The notes under the pieces: generated by a model
Databases searched by the model: none
Told to the model about the DNA's origin: nothing
What the model saw: the letters and a program-made list of their open reading frames with translations, nothing else
DNA from: an uncultured Candidatus Saccharibacteria bacterium
GTDB taxonomy: Bacteria; Patescibacteriota; 4484-211; JAGQKX01
Assembly (NCBI GenBank): GCA_964392315.1
Contig: CAYMOT010000002.1
Span: forward strand, 139,637-203,636
Direction: 5' to 3'
DNA length: 64,000 nucleotides
Position numbers and translations under genes: made by a program
Part shown: positions 8,365-16,877 of the stretch, piece by piece
Layout: each line of letters starts with the position of its first letter
How positions within the stretch are numbered: position 1 is the first letter of the stretch

Positions 8365-8754
8365 TCAGACCTCCTCGTTGAAAACATAACCGAGCCATTG
8401 CAGCACGGGGCGGACATACTTGCCGCCGCAGTCGAGCCAGATAACCGAACAGCTCGCGACATCGAAAATGCCAAGAGCCACTTCCTGCTTCTGGACGACT
8501 GTTCCTTCCTGGTAGCCCATTTGCTTCAGGGCCTCGATCACGGTCGGGGTGACCGACACGCGATTAATCAAGATGGCGCCATATCCGCGTCGCTGGTATT
8601 CTTCGGTACCTTGGAAGTACCTTACCCAGTGTTCGATAGCGATTTTGGCGCTTTCCACATCCGCGCCGAACGAATATTGCCGTCCTTCTACGAAGGTGAA
8701 GCCGGACGTTAACCTCAGCCAGTACTCGCCGAGCGTCATGGTGGGGATTGTCAT
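8365..8754 (-). CDS. Hypothetical 129-aa protein, possibly a GNAT-fold acetyltransferase
   Basis: GGAGGTG SD 5 nt upstream of the ATG at 8754. The ATGA overlap with the upstream 181-aa gene means translational coupling. QRRGYGAIL resembles GNAT motif A (Q/R-x-x-G-x-G/A). Confidence 0.45.
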   Translation of the reverse strand: MTIPTMTLGEYWLRLTSGFTFVEGRQYSFGADVESAKIAIEHWVRYFQGTEEYQRRGYGAILINRVSVTPTVIEALKQMGYQEGTVVQKQEVALGIFDVASCSVIWLDCGGKYVRPVLQWLGYVFNEEV

Positions 8755-9296
8755 TTCCCACCTCCGACGACCGCACCGCAGCGGATGCAATAATCACGCA
8801 ATACGGCTTTATCGTTGACGAGATCTCCGAGTCGACGCGTACCGTGGTTGTGTTCACACTTCGCGTATGTCCAATAGGGTTGATCGAGAATGTTCCAACC
8901 CACGCGGGCGTACATGAAGGTCTTATAGTGAAGTACGCAAGGCGCCCACGGTATCGTTCCTTCCGGGCATACCGTAAAGGTTGCATAGTGCTCGTGGGAT
9001 ACCCGAGTCACTCTTGATATCCCTTCACTGTGCGCACGAAGTACAGCTGACGTCCACCCTGTGGGGACGTAGGTGGGGATGCGCGAAGACATGCCGAACC
9101 AATATACGCTCTTATCACCCTCAAAAATAGCAACAAGAGTTGTTGCATCGACCGAAAGCGCAATGTAATACGACATGACCTGCTCTTTTTCGATGCCGAG
9201 AATTTCTGCAACCTCGGACAGTTTGTTCCAACCCCATTTACCGAACTTGAAGGGTTGGATGTTCGGAAACCGATAAACCGCTGGTGCTACTATCAT
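8751..9296 (-). CDS. Hypothetical 181-aa protein with a C-terminal Cys/His cluster (CEHNH..CIRCG)
   Basis: AAGGAAGG SD upstream of the ATG at 9296 (ORF track start 9347 is probably too early). GC-rich. Its stop overlaps the start of the 129-aa gene. Confidence 0.45.
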   Translation of the reverse strand: MIVAPAVYRFPNIQPFKFGKWGWNKLSEVAEILGIEKEQVMSYYIALSVDATTLVAIFEGDKSVYWFGMSSRIPTYVPTGWTSAVLRAHSEGISRVTRVSHEHYATFTVCPEGTIPWAPCVLHYKTFMYARVGWNILDQPYWTYAKCEHNHGTRRLGDLVNDKAVLRDYCIRCGAVVGGGK

Positions 9297-9767
9297 ACTT
9301 TCCTTCCTTTTCAAGGATGCCTTAGGAAAGATTCGTTTAACGCCCATCGGCGTTCTGATCTGAATTGTGCATACCCTAGATGCAACGGGCCAAATCAGCC
9401 CGTGGTGTCTCCGTGAGACGAGTGAAGCTGAACATTGGGTTACTTCATCTAAGAAGTTCTAAACTGGGTGTTTAGAGCAATGCAGCAAGTTATATGGCTT
9501 GTTTTCTTTTGGTGGGAACCTAAAAAAACAAAGGTGTGAGGGGTATTGTGACATATATGCAGGGAGGCATATGTTTGTCTGGGAAGCGTCAGGTAGGGAG
9601 CCTGATTTTGCAAACGTGTGCAGTGCTTCTAATTGGTCGTAAAGACCGTAAAGCGGGGAGTCTTGGGAGAGGAGAGGAAGATAGGAAAGTACAAATAAGC
9701 AGATAAGCAAATACTATAGGACCAGCTTGGTTAAGTAAGGATCTGATTGATAAGGGTATTGAAACAT

Positions 9768-9796
9768 GAAAAAAGCCACCTTTTCCAAGGGTGGCT
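9768..9796 (-). terminator. Intrinsic terminator for the 458-aa gene (GCCACC-CTTGGAAAA-GGTGGC + T-run on the minus strand)
   Basis: Hairpin 40 nt after the stop at 9836, followed on the minus strand by TTTTTT. Confidence 0.6.
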
Positions 9797-9835
9797 CTGC
9801 GAATCGCCCGGCTGGGCCGAGCGACTCATAAATGG

Positions 9836-11212
9836 TTACTTCTTGCTTGTCAATGCGTCAAGCCAATTGGCCAAACGCTCCATCCATCGTGGAATGGGGA
9901 ATCTCATTCCCACCAACTCATCGAATTGAGAGGCAGTAACGGCTTTGGCCAACGCACGACGGATCGCGTTTCGGAAACGCAGTGCACGGATGTGAGATCT
10001 GCTCCAAGGTTGTATCTCAAATCGGGGTCTTTCACCGGGATGCCAGATTACTCCGACAGCAACACCGTCGTCTTTGTTTCCAAAGAGATCGAAGCCGTAC
10101 TGTGTACCGGCGTATTCCCCCATCCAGCGCTCGAAGCGCTCTCCTGTTCTGTTCTCCTCGTTAGGCAGGTTCTCCAGGATCGCCTCCACGATGTGCCGGC
10201 AAAGGTGTAGCGTTTCCACTGGACCATAGGGTTCAATTCCCTTCCAATCTCGTCGTGAGAATGAACGGAACACCTGAACAGTCCTTTTTGGATACTTACC
10301 CTGATTATTGGAGATTACTGTATTGCAAAATCCAACATATTCGAGAGCAGGGTTTTCCAAAAAAAGTCTGTCCACTAGCCAATACAGAATTCTCGGCAGT
10401 TCTTGTGTACCTCCAGATGGCGCGAGGAAGACGTGGGTAACAGGAAGATGCTCCATGGAATCTTGAATCGACGTGGGAGTGAAATGGTTCTTGAAGAAGA
10501 AAGTCTCAAGTGTACCCGTAATCCCTAATTCAGTCGATAAACCTGTATCCAGGTCAACACCATGATACCGGTCATCATCATCAAGGAGCTGCACGATCAA
10601 CCCAAATGGACCCGTTACCGGTCCATAATGTTGCCAATAACTGCCATTGGCTGAAGTCACCTTCCAGAAGACACGATTGATTGGCTCGACGCGTGTCTCC
10701 AGGTACGGGAATAGTTGTCGAACCAATTCACCTTGATCATGTTCGTAGGTAACCGGGATCATCCCTTTAGGCAGCCTAGGACGAGCGTATCGGTCTCCAA
10801 CCTTTAGGGCTTGGATACTTCCACCCTTTGGATCTCGGGCCATCATCCAATCGCCACCCCAGTCATAGAGTTCTTCGAGTCGACCTGTTTCTAACAGGTG
10901 GTTGTAGATATCAAAGAACTCTTGTGAAGTCATTGGCCAGCCCGTGGATGCGACTTGGACATTCCAGAAGTGTCCGATGAACGGACTTGTCCGAACGAGC
11001 TCATCGATTTGGGTGGGTATTGCTTTTAAGGCGTCCAATTTGGACATTGGAGCTGATCTCAGAAACCTCCCATCATAGGCTGCAAACGCCTCAAATTGCT
11101 CTTTCCACCAAATGTGAGAAATACCCACCGATATCCACGGTATCCTCAGATTGGTGGGCTTACCCGGTCTTACTTCGATGTACGGCTTACGTGAAACCAT
11201 CCCACTCGTCAT
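9836..11212 (-). CDS. Hypothetical 458-aa protein (GC-rich, Trp-rich, LLDDDDRYHGVDLDTGL acidic block)
   Basis: Long intact ORF in the GC-rich block. ATGA start/stop overlap with the upstream 98-aa gene. Dedicated terminator downstream. No domain recognised. Confidence 0.6.
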   Translation of the reverse strand: MTSGMVSRKPYIEVRPGKPTNLRIPWISVGISHIWWKEQFEAFAAYDGRFLRSAPMSKLDALKAIPTQIDELVRTSPFIGHFWNVQVASTGWPMTSQEFFDIYNHLLETGRLEELYDWGGDWMMARDPKGGSIQALKVGDRYARPRLPKGMIPVTYEHDQGELVRQLFPYLETRVEPINRVFWKVTSANGSYWQHYGPVTGPFGLIVQLLDDDDRYHGVDLDTGLSTELGITGTLETFFFKNHFTPTSIQDSMEHLPVTHVFLAPSGGTQELPRILYWLVDRLFLENPALEYVGFCNTVISNNQGKYPKRTVQVFRSFSRRDWKGIEPYGPVETLHLCRHIVEAILENLPNEENRTGERFERWMGEYAGTQYGFDLFGNKDDGVAVGVIWHPGERPRFEIQPWSRSHIRALRFRNAIRRALAKAVTASQFDELVGMRFPIPRWMERLANWLDALTSKK

Positions 11213-11505
11213 GACGCCACCTCCGCATGTCCGTTGCCAAGACGCAGTTGTTCGCGGACGATTTCCAGAACGTCATCGCGGACTGATGCCGTATAGGCAT
11301 CAACCCGGAAATAGAGCCCTGAGATATCGATCGTAACAAAGTTGCCATCAAGGCCTATGCGTACCGGAACAGAGGGCACTTTTAGGGGAACCGTGATCTC
11401 AGCATCCAGATCAAGCAGAGCGAGAACTTCCTCGCGACCGAACAAAACGGCCCACTTCGAATGGCCGTTTATTCCAACGGAAATAAAACGTTTGTTTGTA
11501 TTCAC
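11209..11505 (-). CDS. Hypothetical 98-aa protein (GTG start), first gene of a coupled pair with the 458-aa gene
   Basis: AAGGAG SD 6 nt upstream of the GTG at 11505. Its stop overlaps the ATG of the 458-aa gene. Confidence 0.45.
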   Translation of the reverse strand: MNTNKRFISVGINGHSKWAVLFGREEVLALLDLDAEITVPLKVPSVPVRIGLDGNFVTIDISGLYFRVDAYTASVRDDVLEIVREQLRLGNGHAEVAS

Positions 11506-12365
11506 AACATTCTCCTTACATCATCTTCTAAAGGAAAACACGTTGGCGTTCCCAGCTTCCCGGGCTGAGGGTTTTTGAACACAGTTTGATGCAACTATGC
11601 GTCGCATCGAGGACAGGCTAAAAGCGGATGCATGTAAAACCAAAATCACGCATCACACTATCCTCTCGTCTTAACCCAGTCGTCAGTAAAACGACCTGGA
11701 TTTTGAAGACTTCTCGTGTTGTCGTCACGAGCATTAAATGGACCGTTTCCATCGGGTGATGGAAATCCTACTAGGAGATTCGGCCATTCCTCACGGCCAC
11801 GGACTCGCCACGTATGACGAGCCGTTCGCAGTTGATCCAAAACTGCTTTTGGAGCTGACTGACACATCAGCTTTTTGTATGAGGGGAATTGCAGGCGCAT
11901 GCACGGTAGCCCATGCATGGCAAATATGCGGGGACAGAACTTGAATGGTGAATTCAAGGTGTTTTCTTCAATACCAGTCGGGAGACAGGTAAGGAAAAAA
12001 CGAGGGTTTTTGGTAGGAGTTTTGTCAACCTAACTGACAGGGTGGTCAGTATAACGGTTGTATTGAATCATTTGATTGGGAGTCAAATGTGTCTTTGATA
12101 GACGTATTCAATTAGAGGAATTGAAAAAGGGTGGGGGTCGAAAGAGAGAGGAAAGGTATACTTTGTGTTTTTGCCAAGAATCAACTTGATCCATGGGTTA
12201 TTAGTTAATTAACAAAGTGCACGTTTCCTCCATCTTAAGTACCTTGATCCTTTCTAGTCCTACTTTCCCTATTCCCTCATACATAATATATATAGATTGT
12301 TAATGAACGGAAAATATGGTGCGAATTATACGCGTAAATTACATATATGTAAATACTATGGGACC

Positions 12366-12930
12366 AATATGTCATTTAAAAAATGTTATAGAAAGATACT
12401 GTAGTGTATGCAGCAAAAAGCCCTCCGCATCTCCCCCATAGTTTGGAGTTGCGAAGGGCAGCTATTAGGCCAATATAGTACATGGCCTTTTTAAGTCCCG
12501 AAGGACTCGAACTATTTTCTTGGCTGGCTCTACACCGTAGCCCCAAGAGCGCCGTTCGAAGGCTGAGGAGTCCGCTACCCTTACACATGTAAGGACGGCT
12601 GAAGATCTGTTACCAGACCTTTTGTTTTGGTACGCACAAGTCGTACCCTCCGCTACTCACCTGCCCTCTTTCGATCTCGCAGGTTGCCGTATGACTTGAG
12701 TAGCCGCATAGGCTGTATTGGTGAGTATTATGATAATTCTTTTGGTTCAGGAAGTGCCGAGGGGCAGGCGATTCCAGGCACCTACCCCTCAAACATCCGT
12801 CCTCCGGTGATTCACGCCTCGCTTCGTGAACATTTATGCCTTCATGTACAACACATCTAGAGTAATAAGCTAATAATCAAATAATCCAATAAACAAATAT
12901 ACAAATAAATTGAAAGGCCTATAAACGAAT
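12366..12930 (+). ncRNA. Candidate large structured non-coding RNA of unknown class
   Basis: ORF-free 1.3 kb gap. GC-rich island (12400-12860) inside AT-rich DNA. Nested perfect helices (GCTACTC..CCTGC..GCAGG..GAGTAGC) and a pseudoknot-like GTGCC/GAGGGG..GGCAC..CCCCTC arrangement. An upstream AAATACTATGGGACC promoter-like motif and a downstream CCTCCC hairpin terminator (12932-12968) bracket it. tRNA-Leu follows. Confidence 0.3.
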
Positions 12931-12931
12931 G

Positions 12932-12968
12932 AACCTCCCTTTTGTGGGAGGTTGTGTATTTGTTTCTT
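12932..12968 (+). terminator. Intrinsic terminator CCTCCC-TTTTGT-GGGAGG + T-rich tail
   Basis: Perfect 6-bp GC stem followed by TTGTGTATTTGTTTCTTT. Same hairpin family as 6143 and 6527. Confidence 0.5.
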
Positions 12969-13236
12969 TGATTTATAAAACAAACCTCCCTATGAATAAT
13001 TGCCAATAATGACAAAAAGCATAGTATCCTGGTGCTTGGTCCAGGATGTGGAGATCTGAGAGTTGGTTGCGAAACAGCTGTACATACTAATGTGGACTAT
13101 AACGTTATTTAATATGTCCGTCAATGGGAGGTTATAATATATAAATACACCAATAATCTAATAGTCGAGTAGCCTAAATAGTAAAAATAATAATAATCAT
13201 AATCATATAAATAATAAAGATAGGCACCTATCAATC

Positions 13237-13280
13237 GATTTGCTTATTTGTACTATTTGTAGTATTTGTTTATTACTCAG
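13237..13280 (+). promoter_or_regulatory. Sigma70-like promoter for tRNA-Leu (-35 TTGTAC, 17-nt spacer, -10 TATTAC, 5-6 nt to the tRNA 5' end)
   Basis: TTGCTTATTTGTACtatttgtagtatttgttTATTACtcagG, where the final G is tRNA position 1. Confidence 0.55.
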
Positions 13281-13365
13281 GCCGGTGTGGTGAAATTGGC
13301 AGACACGCTTGGTTTAGGACCAAGTGCCGAAAGGCTTGGGGGTTCAAGTCCCTCCACCGGCACCA
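13281..13365 (+). tRNA. tRNA-Leu (anticodon TAG), class II with a long variable arm
   Basis: Hand-folded. Acceptor GCCGGTG/CACCGGC, 3-bp D stem, anticodon arm CTTGG-TTTAGGA-CCAAG, 13-nt variable arm, T arm GGGGG-TTCAAGT-CCCTC, A73, encoded CCA. Confidence 0.85.
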
Positions 13366-13432
13366 CAAAAAATAATTTCAAATAATCAAATATACAAATA
13401 AGCAAATAGAAAGAGGGTAATTTTCGAATACG

Positions 13433-14587
13433 TTACTTCTGATACACCGAGACGTTGTCGATGAAGGCGGTGTTTGCTTTTCCATCACCATCCAGATAAA
13501 ACTGGATGCGGGTGCTCTTAACCAAATTGCTTGAAGGTGTGTAAGAGAACGCCTTGGTTCCTACATAATTCTTCTCAACGGTGCCCACGATTTGACCGGA
13601 GATCCAGTTGCCTTGCTCGTCATATTCGTCCATATACATACCCATACTCGCTCCTTTTATACCTATGGTGTTAGCGAAGAACGCAATCTGGTGTGTCGAC
13701 GTTGCTGCGAAAGCAAGTGCTTCGCTACGTACATATGCGTTTCGCTTCTTTGCCGTTGTTGTAATTTTCAAAGCATTCTTGGGCTCAGGATACTGTCCGT
13801 TATTTTTGGTATCAATCACCGATCCCGCCATGTCAGGCCATTTTTGAGCTCCTTGATTAAAGGTATCACTCCACTGTGGCGTTAGCTTAGTGGTATCTAA
13901 TACGTGTTGGACAGGCAAAACTGAGGTTCCTTTATTTACTGCATAAGAAACGTGCTCTTCTAGGTCACTAATTCGGGTCACGTATTCGTTGTTAGCCTGA
14001 AAATCTGTTTGTATGTCATGATAGACGAGGATAAGCCATGCATTTGTCGCATGAGCCTCATCAATCCAAGCTTGTACTTGTTGGACACTGACTCCGCGTT
14101 CAATTGATTTTACTTGCAGTACGTAAAACGCATACGGCCATGCATTTAAATTATCTCTATCCCAAAAACCTCGAGCCGCGTTGTAATGTCGATTAACATG
14201 AACCAAAGATCGCATATCATATGCGCCATACGGAAAAGCAAATGTGTTGATCGTAAGGCCTTTGCCTTCCAAAAAGGTTTTGGACCCGACAATTTCCTGC
14301 CGTACCGCATCGTCAGATAACGTAGGAATCTCGCGGTGTGTTAACGAGTGGCTGCCGATCTCCCAACCGGCCGCTTGTAATGTTTTAATTTGATTCCAGG
14401 TCATGTAACCTTGATCACCGGTGTGAGATTTTGTGACATATGCGGTGCCTTGGACGTTATGCGCTTGCATGATCGGAAAAGCTTCATCATATGTAGAAGC
14501 GTATCCGTCATCAAACGTAAACGAAACATACCCGCGCATCGCAGTTTGTGCAACTGCTGTGCTCGGTACAAACGTACTGAGTAGCAT
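13433..14587 (-). CDS. Polysaccharide deacetylase (NodB homology domain) with a C-terminal beta-rich extension
   Basis: FTFDDGY and HSLTH motifs (NodB motifs 1 and 2); N-terminal signal-like segment; 384 aa. Confidence 0.65.
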   Translation of the reverse strand: MLLSTFVPSTAVAQTAMRGYVSFTFDDGYASTYDEAFPIMQAHNVQGTAYVTKSHTGDQGYMTWNQIKTLQAAGWEIGSHSLTHREIPTLSDDAVRQEIVGSKTFLEGKGLTINTFAFPYGAYDMRSLVHVNRHYNAARGFWDRDNLNAWPYAFYVLQVKSIERGVSVQQVQAWIDEAHATNAWLILVYHDIQTDFQANNEYVTRISDLEEHVSYAVNKGTSVLPVQHVLDTTKLTPQWSDTFNQGAQKWPDMAGSVIDTKNNGQYPEPKNALKITTTAKKRNAYVRSEALAFAATSTHQIAFFANTIGIKGASMGMYMDEYDEQGNWISGQIVGTVEKNYVGTKAFSYTPSSNLVKSTRIQFYLDGDGKANTAFIDNVSVYQK

Positions 14588-14634
14588 GGTCGCTATAAAT
14601 TGAATAAGTATGGTAAGTATGAGTTTTTGGTGTT

Positions 14635-15294
14635 TCAGTTTGTTTGTGCATCACTTGATACTATGCGTTCAAGTGTAGCGCGTACTGCAAAACGTTGTTC
14701 TGACAAGCGTCCTTCACATGTGACCAATGTAAGGATTGGTGCTTCAGTTTGGTAAAACACTGATACATTACTCGGTGTCGTTAATTCTTGATCCGTAACG
14801 CGGTAATAAGCGACTGCTGTATCAGTGTGCAGGATTATAACATCACCTGGCTTGAGGTGTTTGATAGGTCTGAATGCGTCTGCTCTGTCATGGCCAAACA
14901 AACCGACGTTTCCTATTTTGTCATTTACTAATGCAGTTCCTTGCGCGTAATTGGCCACCTTATCGACCACTGGCCAGGTGCCGTCTGCGAGTGGAACTTC
15001 GACTACTGGTAGATCCATAGTAAGTACGGGGATTACCAGGCGCGTTGGTGCCTCGGGTTCCAATTCATTTTGTTGGACAATTTCTGCTTGCTCAGCTATG
15101 GGTAACTCGCGTGCTTCTACGGGATGTACGTGCCTGTTCAATGCAGTTCGTACCCCAATAACCCAGTCTTCAAACAAAATCCCCATCCCACTTCGTATAA
15201 ACAAGTTATACCCCTGCACCGCTGTAAATGCAGTCAGTCCTATGACGAGCAGTATTGATGTATGTTTTGCAATCAAGTTTTTTAAGTGATGCAT
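14635..15294 (-). CDS. Sortase-family transpeptidase
   Basis: N-terminal TM segment; catalytic TLVTC motif (LTLVTCEG); a conserved His (LFGHDRA) and Arg near the C-terminus. Confidence 0.7.
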   Translation of the reverse strand: MHHLKNLIAKHTSILLVIGLTAFTAVQGYNLFIRSGMGILFEDWVIGVRTALNRHVHPVEARELPIAEQAEIVQQNELEPEAPTRLVIPVLTMDLPVVEVPLADGTWPVVDKVANYAQGTALVNDKIGNVGLFGHDRADAFRPIKHLKPGDVIILHTDTAVAYYRVTDQELTTPSNVSVFYQTEAPILTLVTCEGRLSEQRFAVRATLERIVSSDAQTN

Positions 15295-15350
15295 ACACCA
15301 GGATCAATCGGTTAAAAAATAGACCGACGACCCTAGTCTATAAACCACCG

Positions 15351-15543
15351 TTATGACCGACGATTGCGCATATAACGGCTAACCATTGCAACAGTCAACA
15401 TTACGCTGACCGCGTTTACTGCCAAAAGACCAACGAGTACGCCGGTATTGGCGTGGTTTAAGAATGCTACTGCAGTAGCTGCAGTTACCGGTAATGTAGT
15501 AGCTGAGCTAAGTACTGCGCCTTGTGTATAGTTTTGCATAATT
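15351..15543 (-). CDS. Small hydrophobic 64-aa protein (hypothetical)
   Basis: ORF MQNYTQGAVLSSATTLPVTAATAVAFLNHANTGVLVGLLAVNAVSVMLTVAMVSRYMRNRRS with one predicted TM helix, directly after the GT2 gene stop. No SD check was possible. Confidence 0.25.
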
Positions 15544-15552
15544 TTCACCCCC

Positions 15553-16809
15553 TTAAGAATTTGAGGTACGAGTGCCCCAAGAGGCGGTATACCCCATAAG
15601 ACCAAATGTCTTGAGTCCTTTTTTGTATACATTTGTCATCACAGGTGGAATGACTGTTGTGTAGAGAAAAAATACGTATGACCCAAGCATTACAATGCTC
15701 AGGATCATGGAGTACACTGTCTCTGGAATGAGCGTTAAGCGTAGGATCCAGTCCCCTAAGTCAGCGTCAGCATATCGCTTCAGTACGAATATATGAAAAA
15801 GCGTGCCAATAACAAACTGAGACAATGCCAGTAACACGATGATTCTAATTGATATCTCACTCGCACTGCCGGATGCATCCAAAACAAATGATGCAGCAAT
15901 GAGTGCTATCGTACTAAGAAAAAGTACATGACCGATGATATCTTGCAAAACTGCCGCAAAATAATTGCCTTCTGAACGCACGACATGTAGTCCCCAGTAG
16001 GTCCACCGCACACGTTGACGCCATAGTTGTGAAAGCTTTGTTGGTACGTCTGTCCATGCTGAGGCATGCGGTACGATAAGCACGTTCCAGCCCCACTTTT
16101 TCATGCGTGCAGTGATGTCATAATCTTCGATAAGATTTGCTTCACTAAAGCCCTTAACTTCTTTTATCGCGTGATACCGGAACGCAGTAAACATTCCCTG
16201 CATAACAAGCGGGCCATGGTAAAAGCCATTGTCAGCGACCTTACTAATCGAAAATCCGTGATATTCAAGTGCTTGCAAACGGGTCAAGATATTGTGGTTT
16301 TTGTTCGAAACACGCGCTGTCGTAGAAGCTGCCCCTATGGTGCTTGAGCTAAATAATCCTTGTACCAATAGTTCAACGGTATGTTCATTGATTCTCACGT
16401 CATCATCACACGTGATAATGATTTCAGGAAGACGGTTTGCGTAGTGTTGGGCGATAAAGTCGATGCCCGCGTTTATTGCGCCAGGTTTTCGTCGATTCTG
16501 TGGAAGTCTGATGTAATGCGCCCTGTCGCAATTTTCTCCGAGTTCTTTGATGTGCTGAAGTATTTTGCCAGATTGACCGCTAAAGCTTCCGCCATCATCA
16601 ACAACTACCACATGCATCTGAATGGTATTAGCAAGGAGGGAGGTAATAAGCTCATAAATAGCTGGTGTAGGATTTAGGGTTGGAATCACTGCGACACCGA
16701 AAAACCCCTCGGGTAAGGTAACCAAGTTTATATTTTGTTTGCGTGGAACGAAGAAATTTTTACCAGCATGGTACCATTTTTTTAATACTACAGGCTCAGC
16801 GTGTGTCAT
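15553..16809 (-). CDS. Family 2 glycosyltransferase (membrane-anchored, PgaC/cellulose-synthase-like)
   Basis: VVVVDDGGS and ITCDDDV (DxD-type) motifs; C-terminal multi-TM region; 418 aa. Confidence 0.65.
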   Translation of the reverse strand: MTHAEPVVLKKWYHAGKNFFVPRKQNINLVTLPEGFFGVAVIPTLNPTPAIYELITSLLANTIQMHVVVVDDGGSFSGQSGKILQHIKELGENCDRAHYIRLPQNRRKPGAINAGIDFIAQHYANRLPEIIITCDDDVRINEHTVELLVQGLFSSSTIGAASTTARVSNKNHNILTRLQALEYHGFSISKVADNGFYHGPLVMQGMFTAFRYHAIKEVKGFSEANLIEDYDITARMKKWGWNVLIVPHASAWTDVPTKLSQLWRQRVRWTYWGLHVVRSEGNYFAAVLQDIIGHVLFLSTIALIAASFVLDASGSASEISIRIIVLLALSQFVIGTLFHIFVLKRYADADLGDWILRLTLIPETVYSMILSIVMLGSYVFFLYTTVIPPVMTNVYKKGLKTFGLMGYTASWGTRTSNS

Positions 16810-16877
16810 GGCCGTGTATTATAGGCAAAAACCACTTATTTGTCAATACTATAGGTATATATTCGGGGTTGAGATTT

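Noticed and set aside
8564-8986. 140-aa minus-strand ORF overlapping both the 129-aa and 181-aa genes
   Set aside because: Different frame from both SD-supported genes. Arg-rich low-complexity translation typical of an out-of-frame read through GC-rich coding DNA.
11658-11957. 99-aa minus-strand ORF with a TTG start upstream of the 98-aa gene
   Set aside because: No SD. TTG start. Lies in GC-rich DNA where spurious ORFs are common. Not called.
12376-12588. 70-aa ORF (and 12610-12860 ORFs) inside the proposed ncRNA region
   Set aside because: No SD. Cys/Gly/Leu-rich nonsense-like translation. The region is better explained by stable helices. Kept only as an alternative that BLASTX could test.
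12366-12930. tmRNA or RNase P RNA identity for the structured region
   Set aside because: No tRNA-like T-arm plus acceptor ending in CCA and no tag-peptide ORF ending in Ala-Ala-stop were found, so tmRNA is unsupported. The universal RNase P GGAAAGUCC and ACAGAAA motifs are absent on both strands. The class remains unassigned.
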